This document shows positions 56,300-64,000 of a stretch of 64,000 nucleotides of DNA, piece after piece. A program made the position numbers and the translations under genes. Source of the stretch: Geosiphon pyriformis uo1 (lineage: Eukaryota > Fungi > Glomeromycota); NCBI GenBank assembly GCA_016748015.1, contig JAAOMT010000599.1:1-64000 (forward strand), in the 5' to 3' direction. Below the pieces are notes generated by a model, which ran no database searches, had not been told where the DNA came from, and worked only from the letters and a program-made list of their open reading frames with translations. Position 1 is the stretch's first letter. Each line of letters begins with the position of its first letter.

Positions 56300-57686
56300 A
56301 CAACAACAGACCCAGCTCAAAGAGCTAATTGCAGAATTTGCTGACATCTTTACCGAAAACAACAATGACTTAGGAAGAACTAATTTGGTTCAACACCAAA
56401 TCTATACAGGAGATGCCAAACCAAGGCAACAACAAGCCTACCGAGTTGCCCCAGAAAGTCACCAATTTATCCGAGAAGAAGTACAACGGATGCTTAACAA
56501 TGGGCTTATTCAACCATTAATGAGCCCATGAGCCTTACCTGTGGTTTTAGTTAAAAAGAAAAATGGGAAGATATAATTTTGTGTTGATTACCGTCAACTC
56601 AACAGTGTCACTATTGGAGATGCCTATCCTTTTCTCTGAATTAATGACATGTTGGATGTCCTTGGAAAGTCCAAATACTTTTCAACATTAGACTTAGAGA
56701 GTGGATACTGACAAGTTGCTATGGATCCCAAAGACTGCCCCAAAACAGCATTCACCACTCAAGGAGGAAATTATGAGTTCAATATAATGCCTTTTGAATT
56801 ATGCAATGCACCAGCAACATTCCAAAGACTTATAGATGTTGTTTACAAAGGCCTCCTTTGGAAATCAGTAGTAGTTTATCTTGATGACACTGATGTTTAT
56901 TTACCATCTTTCGAGCTGCATTTAATTCACCTGTGAGAAGTTTTTCAACGATTACGGAAAGCAGGATTGAAACTGAACATTGAAAAATGCTACTTTGGAA
57001 AAACAAGTTTAGCTTTTCTTGGTCACATTGTTAGCAAAGATGGAATTAAACCAGACCCTGGAAAAATCAGTACTGTCAAAAACTTCAAGACTCCACGAAA
57101 TACCACAGAATTAAGAGGATTTATTGGGTTAGCATCCTATTACCGAAAATTCATCAAAGGATTCTCAAAAATTGCAAAACCTCTCAACCAGCTCACTACA
57201 AAAAATGTCGAATACAAATGGACAAAAGAACACCAAAATGCCTTCAAGATACTCAAGGAAAAATTCACAACAGCCCCAATTCTCGCCTACCCAGACTTCA
57301 GCAACCGATTCCAGTTAGCAACTGACACTTCTTATACTGCCTTTGGTGCCATCCTATCACAGTTAGATGACAATGGAAATGAGCGAGTAATTGCTTATGT
57401 TAGTAGAACATTAAAGCCAGCTGAAAAGAACTACTCCGCAACAGAATTAGAAACTGCAGCAGTAATCTGGGCCCTACATCACTTCAACCTTTACCTCAGA
57501 CCCAAAGAATTCGATATTATCACTGATAATATTGGACTTAAATGACTTCAAAACAAAAACACCCAGCTGAACGCAAAACAAACCTGATGGACAGGATTTT
57601 TAGCTAATTACCAATACATCGTACATCACAAACCAGGAAAACTCCACACCAACATTGATTGTCTCTCAAGGATGAGGCAAGATTAG
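56300..57686 (+). pseudogene. pol: Reverse transcriptase plus RNase H
   Basis: FCVDYRQLN, KTAFTT, MPFELCNAPATFQR, VVYLDD (about 56870-56888), FLGHIV, LATDTS, NYSATELE, IITDN; ends CLSRMRQD*. Confidence 0.95.
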
Positions 57687-57734
57687 AAACAAAACCAACA
57701 CCCATTTGAATTAACAGTATCAAAACAACAAACA

Positions 57735-59120
57735 ATGAATCCCGAAAACTACAACAATCTCAAACAATATTTGGAGACATTAACAATCCCAACAGATTGG
57801 TCCTCCGATGAAAAACATCAGTTACAACAACAAGCCAAACAATATTTTCTACACAACAATATTATCTATCATCGAAATTTCAAAAACCCAACCAAACCAC
57901 TCAGATTAATACAAGAACAGGAAAAAGAGACCATTTTATACAACATGCACTCGGATCCTTCATCAGCACACTTCAGAAAAGATAGCACCACCCAACAAAC
58001 ATTAGAATACTACTTTTGGCCTCGAATGAGAAAAGACATTCACGAATATGTCAAATCTTATGATAGTTGTCAAAAAAGAGGAGGAACTCGCCCTATAGAA
58101 CTTTTAAATCCAATCAAAATTGGACAGCCTTTTGACAGAGTTGGTATCGATTTAGTCGGACCACTATCTATTACCACTCAAGGAAACCGTTATATTGCAG
58201 TAGCTGTAGACTATCTTACTAAATGGCCTGAAGCCAGAGCCATTCAACGAGCAGATGCAAAATCAGTAGCAAATTTTATTTACGAAGACATCATTTGTAG
58301 ACATGAATGTCCAATTGAACTTTTATCTGATCAGGGAACACACTTTGTGAACAACCTGATACAAGAAATTTGTGAATGGTTCAATGTCAAAAGACCTCTG
58401 TCTTCGCCCTACCATCTACAAACAAACGGATTTGTGGAACATTTTAACAGAACATTGTGTGAGTCATTAGCCAAAGTCTCAACTGATTTTGAGCAAGAAT
58501 GGAATCTCTTCATTCCATCAGTGTTACTAGCATATAGGACATTAAAACAAGATACCACAAAACACACACCATTTGATTTAACTTATGGAAGAATGGCAAC
58601 ATTACCAATTAGTTTCACAGTGGAAACATACCCAGCACAACCAATCGATGAAAACAATTTCCAAAAAACACTTCAGCGAAGAGCCTACACTCTGCTTAGC
58701 ACATTGGAAGGAAAATGACGAATAGCAGCCACTCATATTGAACACTCCCAAGCTCAACAAAAAGAACAGCATGATGACAAATTGCCTCCAATCACCAATG
58801 AATTTAAAATCAGAAACAAAGTTCTCTTACACAGAACTAAAGCTGAAAAACAATGGAGTGGAAAATTTGAAAATAAATGGGATAGACTATTCTTTATTCA
58901 TGAAGTCCTAGACAATAGATTATACAAGCTAAAACTTGATGACAAAATCCTAGCAAAAGTTGCACATGGAGATTGTTTGAAACACTATCATTCCAAAAAC
59001 AATCCTGGACCATTAATTCCACAAATTGGTACATATTTCCCTTTAATCAATCCCGAAGATATTCCCCAAAACTTAGAACCAATAGTTGTCATTGAACAAC
59101 CTTCCAACCTGAACACTTAA
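57735..59120 (+). pseudogene. Integrase (HHCC zinc finger, DDE core, GPY/F-SH3-like C-terminus, no chromodomain); one premature stop at 58716-58718
   Basis: MHSDPSSAHF..YFWP..(C)DSCQK, VGIDLVGP, LLSDQGTHF, QTNGFVEHFN, TPFDLTYG, KWDRLF (eroded WDGPF). Confidence 0.95.
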
Positions 59121-59268
59121 TTTAATTTTACTAGTTATTCTCTTATAATTTAAAAACAATCAAAACAAAAATAACATAAAAACCCATACACCAAAAATAA
59201 TTTTCTTTTATTTCAAATCTCTTATAATAACTATTCCTCAAAACATTCAACAATTATCCCAAAAACTA

Positions 59269-59946
59269 ATGTTAGCTTTAAAAACAATACCTGAATTATC
59301 TATTACTGTTACTGGAAACCACATTAATTATACTCAAACAGAAGTAATTACAAATTTAGCCCCAAATTCACGAAAATATCACCCATATAAGAAAAACACA
59401 AGAAGTTATTTTGGAATTCATCTGCCAGAACTTTTAAAGCTTGCTTTAAGAGAAAACCTAATGCTCACTCCAATTAATATTCCACCAAATGCTACAATTC
59501 AACAAAGACTTTAATTGTGTCTCAAGGAAGAAAACACTGAATATCCTCCAATTTATAGATATTTTCACATTGGAAAAACACTCTATGAACGAAAACTGGA
59601 ACTTACAACAGTAAACCTCACAAAAAAAGCCATTCAGAAACAACTTCACAATGAATTCAAGACAACAGCTGGATCAATAAACAGTCACTACAGGCTCAGA
59701 GCTGCTCTTAGACTTTATGACCTATTCTACACCTGTGAAAATATACTACAAAACCCAATTTTTCAACCTTTGAAGATTCAATACATTGGAAAGCTCACAG
59801 AACTGAAATTTCAACAATTTTCAGACCAAATTTCTTCAATAATTTTGGATTATTATCTGGAAATAACAGACAGTACTTGGACTTCGACAGAGCTCAGTTT
59901 TGAGGAGAAGGTTATGTTACCAGACGAAATTAAAGATATCATTTAG
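59269..59946 (+). pseudogene. ORF3 (about 225 codons, one internal TAA) of unknown function in the env position
   Basis: 59269-59514 and 59515-59946 are contiguous in one frame. The ATG follows an A-rich spacer, and the ORF spans the PPT and stops inside the 3' LTR. A homologue is present in the eroded copy at 21785-22480. Confidence 0.8.
59902..59911 (+). promoter_or_regulatory. Polypurine tract GAGGAGAAGG
   Basis: Ends 3 nt upstream of the 3' LTR. Confidence 0.88.
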
Positions 59947-60753
59947 CATAAAACTATCCTATAATTCCTATCATTAATTAGCATATATTATCATTTCAAA
60001 TTATCACTTATGACATTAGCAAAAATGTCCGAAATTATCATTTAATTAATAACCCAAATTGTACACAACACAAATGTAACCTAATTGCGNNNNNNNNNNN
60101 NNNNNNNNNNNNNNNNNNNNNNNNNNNNNNNNNNNNNNNNNNNNNNNNNNNNNNNNNNNNNNNNNNNNNNNNNNNNNNNNNNNNNNNNNNNNNNNNNNNN
60201 NNNNNNNNNNNNNNNNNNNNNNNNNNNNNNNNNNNNNNNNNNNNNNNNNNNNNNNNNNNNNNNNNNNNNNNNNNNNNNNNNNNNNNNNNNNNNNNNNNNN
60301 NNNNNNNNNNNNNNNNNNNNNNNNNNNNNNNNNNNNNNNNNNNNNNNNNNNNNNNNNNNNNNNNNNNNNNNNNNNNNNNNNNNNNNNNNNNNNNNNNNNN
60401 NNNNNNNNNNNNNNNNNNNNNNNNNNNNNNNNNNNNNNNNNNNNNNNNNNNNNNNNNNNNNNCAAGATTCCTGTAGAAGAGTTGACTTTCACAGCAAAGT
60501 AACTACACATTTTTAGTGAGCTTCCAGACAAGCAATTCCTGGGAAAGAGTTGACATTTACTACAACATAACTACATAAAGCAACTGGCATGGAATTGGCC
60601 ATTCCACTCATAAGCCCAGCAAGTTCAAATTATAAGAGATAATTTGAAGATAAATTCAGTTACTGGAGGTTCAACCACATCCAGAAAACGTGAATTCACA
60701 GCAAATAAGTATCAACAACATTACAGAAAAGAGACCAAAAACCTCCGGTAATA
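59915..60753 (+). repeat. 3' LTR (contains N gap 60090-60462)
   Basis: Matches the 5' LTR on both sides of the gap; terminal CA mutated to TA. Confidence 0.96.
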
Positions 60754-61059
60754 CTGGCAATTTTAATGCCATCAAAAATGGACAAGACTTCTAAAAACCA
60801 ATCTTTGAACAAAAAACTCTTACACAAAGCAATATAAACAATATTATTAGAAGCACACAAAGAAAGTATTTGCAAAATCTAAAACAAGACCAAATTCAAA
60901 CTTAACAAGATACTCTACTGAGACAAATGAAACCTAATTAGGTCTTTGTGAACTTTAGCATTAAATATATACATGAACAAATAATTAGAACTTTTTACAT
61001 CCCCACAATAAAAAACAATACACTGGAGTATTTTTTATCATACAAATATTTCTGAACAG

Positions 61060-62132
61060 TATTACTCATGAAATATAGAGAGTATATTAGTATATAAAAT
61101 TAGCCAATCAGAAGTAGCCATAGTAAATATAGAATTCCAGGATTTCTCTCAGAGGAATTGCAAAATTCCAGAAATTTCAGAATTCTCGTATAAGGAATCA
61201 CAGAATTCCAGAATTCCAGAATTTCTCTCAAAAAGAATTGCAGGATTCCAAGAATTCCAAGATTTTTGGTATGAAGAATTGAGGAATTGAGGAATCTCAA
61301 TTATGTATATATAGCAGTAATATTAGAAAAAGAAAAGACAGATCTTTCAGTTTAGATTTAATGATATTGGTTTCTAAAAGTTGTTTTGTATCTGAAGGTT
61401 TTGGGTTAAGTCCTTTGTATAATAAGCAAAAATTCAATAGTTGTTTTCAGTAGCCTCCCGGAATTGCAATTCTATTAAATTTTTTTCTTAGTATGATAAC
61501 CAGTAATCTGGTAAAGATGTCCTTTTGGTAAGCTATTCTTAAATTCTCAATGCTATACCCTTCCTTTGGGGTTTTTTACCAGGCTATTCTTAACATTAAG
61601 TACTTTAATCCTCAATCAATTAGTAAACACAGCAAAATAAAGAAAAGAACATAAAATAGAAAATAAAAAAAAGATAAAGAAAATAAGCCAAGATGATTTG
61701 CAAGTTAGTATTCTGTCAATAGCTGTGATCAAGAGCTATTGTTCTAATGTGGTTAAGTATTGGTTACTATCAACATGAAGTGTTGATAGTGAAAAGTAGA
61801 TTGAAATAGTGAATAATTATTTATTGATATTTGTAATGTGAAAAATTGCTTAGATTAAATCTAAATTGAGAGGTCTGTTTTTTCTTTTTTTAATACTACC
61901 ACTATATATACATAATTGAAATTCCTCAAATTCTTGATTCTTTACACCAGAAATTTTGGAATTCCTGAAATTCTGAAATTCTGGAATCCTGCAATTCCTT
62001 GTACAAAAATTCTGAAATTCTTGGAATCCTGCAATTTCTTTGAGAGGAATCCTGGAATTTCACATTTACTATAGCTATTTCTAATTGGCTAATTTTATAT
62101 ACTAATATATTTTTTATATTTTATAAGTAACA
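61060..62132. mobile_element. Family A LTR-derived insertion with inverted U3 ends (fold-back LTR), 1073 bp
   Basis: 61060-61362 (+) is an inverted copy of about 61855-62132. 61363-62132 is a minus-strand LTR homologous to about 6660-7399. TSD ACAG at 61056-61059 and 62133-62136. Confidence 0.88.
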
Positions 62133-64000
62133 ACAGCAACTGGTAAATAATAGTGGAAAGCTTTTATAAAATAAGAATACAAACCAACTGTGGATTTGCT
62201 TGTAAAGCCAGTTGTTTGTATGAGTCAGAGTGTTAAACTGACACAGTACAAATTCAATCTACATTACCAATTTAGCAGTGTAAGCATCCAAAGCAGTCTA
62301 ACTGTCCAAATACACCACAACAAAGTTGTCAGAAAGAACACACTTCAAAACCAAAACAATTACCTGCAATTCTACTATTATAGAGAATACCAATTCATTA
62401 ATTTTAATGCCAATACCCAAATTCAAATCAAAAAAATATGCAGCTGCACCACATCTTATTTCATGTATATTTAAATTTCTTAAAGATCCATCTATGTAGA
62501 CACTAATGACACCTAAATCAGTAATAAAAAACATTGTTTTAATTCAAAAACACTACTAAAACCATAAATATCCAGAAACCAAAAGCCAATAATAGGTAAA
62601 CCAGCCAAAAAAAAAGACTTAACCAAAAAATTATATGCCAAATTGAACCAACAAGAGACTGGGCCTTTTGGATCAAATCTTTTCTAATGACAGAATCTCT
62701 TTCAATCAAATATTAAGTTTTTTTTATTGTACAGCTGTTTAACAAAAGCAATCCTAAATCTTTTGAGTAAATGCAAAACATTATAAAACAATAAATTGCT
62801 TAGAACAGAAGACATTGGAGTATCACCAGAAAAATGAAATGCAGTTATAAAAAAATTGTCAAAAAACATATTGCAATCTAAAAAAAGTCTAACTATACCA
62901 GCCAGAAAATTATTAACTAGACTAACATACAACTTTATGGAACAACACAAAGGGTGAATGGGAGACCAACTTTGAACCTGCAGATTCAAAAACCTATGAC
63001 TAAACAAACAACCAATAAGCCTATCAGCATTTAAAAAACTTAACACAAAAGTTGTCTTATATTCAGACTGCAACTGCTTAAATGATCTTAAGTTATACAG
63101 AAAAAAATAGTAAAGAGCCTCATTGAAAAAATCTTTAGACAAACCAGTCTTCAATTTCAAATTTCTTCTAACCAGTGTATTCCACTTAATATATACACTT
63201 TTAGAAACAAAATTAAACTGAATCCTGTAACTGATTATGGATTGCAACACAACCAATACCAAATAAAGGAATTGTTTATTCAAGATAGTCTTCCTCAAAA
63301 CCAAATTGACAAAAAATTTAACATCCAAATAAGCCTTCATTAAACTAAGTTTGGACAAGTCCTCAGAAGATAAAAAAATACCAAGATACCTATAAGACTC
63401 TCCCTTATAAACAACAGAAATCAGCAAACTACTTATTGACAATAAAGCATTCTTAATTCTCAGATTGATAGAGATGGCAACTGTTTTTTTGTTATTGATT
63501 AAAATGTTATTAACTCTAAAAAAGCTACTTACAATATTTAAAATATACTGAGTGGTTGCTTGACTACTCTTAATTCAAATTGTGTCATTAACAAAAACTC
63601 TGACTGTAAGAAATAAGGTCATATCATCCTGATTTTTTAGTCTGCTAGTTTTGACAACAAATTTAGTATCAATACAATAGCCACATAAACTTTTTTGTCT
63701 TTTAACTTTGCATAATAAGGAGTCATAAAAAATTTTCTAAAACAAAAGAGAAAAAACTTCACCCTAGTTCAGATCATTATGTACATAGTATTCTTCTGTC
63801 AAACCATAATCAGTCATAACCCAATTGATTTTGTTACCATAAATGCTCCCAAAAAATTAAATGAACTGCTTACATATTTTGATCCAAATTAATTATTCTT
63901 CAAATGCTATCAACTTACTAAGTTATAAGCTTTTTACATATTCTGCAAGACTAACCAAAGTTCATGGCCTTTTTCCAAAGCATTCTCAACCACCAAACTA

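Larger units (their letters stand above)
51024..60753 (+). mobile_element. Near-complete Ty3/Gypsy LTR retrotransposon (family B, about 9.7 kb) with dUTPase, separate integrase ORF and ORF3
   Basis: Two LTRs, PBS, PPT, TSD CTGG (51020-51023 and 60754-60757), domain order PR-RT-RH-INT. Inactivated by scattered stops and frameshifts. Confidence 0.97.
50590..64000 (-). mobile_element. LINE (ORF2 RT, RNase H, zinc finger, 3' UTR) split by two LTR-type insertions; LINE segments 50590-51023, 60754-61059 and 62133-64000
   Basis: LWLVLQNM*KAYN (about 63930-63965), GEVFSLLF, FVNDT, YRYLGIF (63442 ORF), VYIDGSL (62298 ORF). Removing both insertions restores collinearity with the LINE at 15400-16250. 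Confidence 0.88.

Noticed and set aside
59269-59946. Calling ORF3 an envelope gene
   Set aside because: No signal peptide, fusion-peptide-like or transmembrane segment is visible; only its position is env-like.
59915-60753. 3' LTR appears about 160 bp shorter than the 5' LTR
   Set aside because: The difference lies entirely within the estimated N gap (373 N versus 536 bp in the 5' LTR).

Overview
AT-rich eukaryotic, probably fungal, genomic DNA. The element types and composition are reminiscent of a Glomeromycotina genome, which is an inference only. Two transposon-dense, CpG-depleted blocks (about 1-26.9 kb and 48.6-64 kb) flank a CpG-retaining, microsatellite-rich region of about 21 kb with no recognisable TEs. 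That central region holds one plausible short host gene (37270-37839) and one decayed coding-like segment. The main feature is a near-complete Ty3/Gypsy LTR retrotransposon (51024-60753, +) with LTRs, PBS, PPT and a 4-bp TSD. Its layout is unusual: Gag-protease-Cys-rich domain-dUTPase-RT-RNase H, then a stop codon, then a Met-initiated in-frame integrase ORF, then an extra ORF3 in the env position running into the 3' LTR. A divergent family (1-7399, -) shares the same domain order, the PBS and the stop codon before integrase. An eroded copy (20762-24685, -) shares ORF3. Also present are several RNase H-containing LINE remnants, an ORF1-only LINE derivative, a solo LTR, and an LTR-derived insertion with two inverted U3 ends and its own TSD. 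All coordinates were read by hand; boundaries of eroded elements are approximate.
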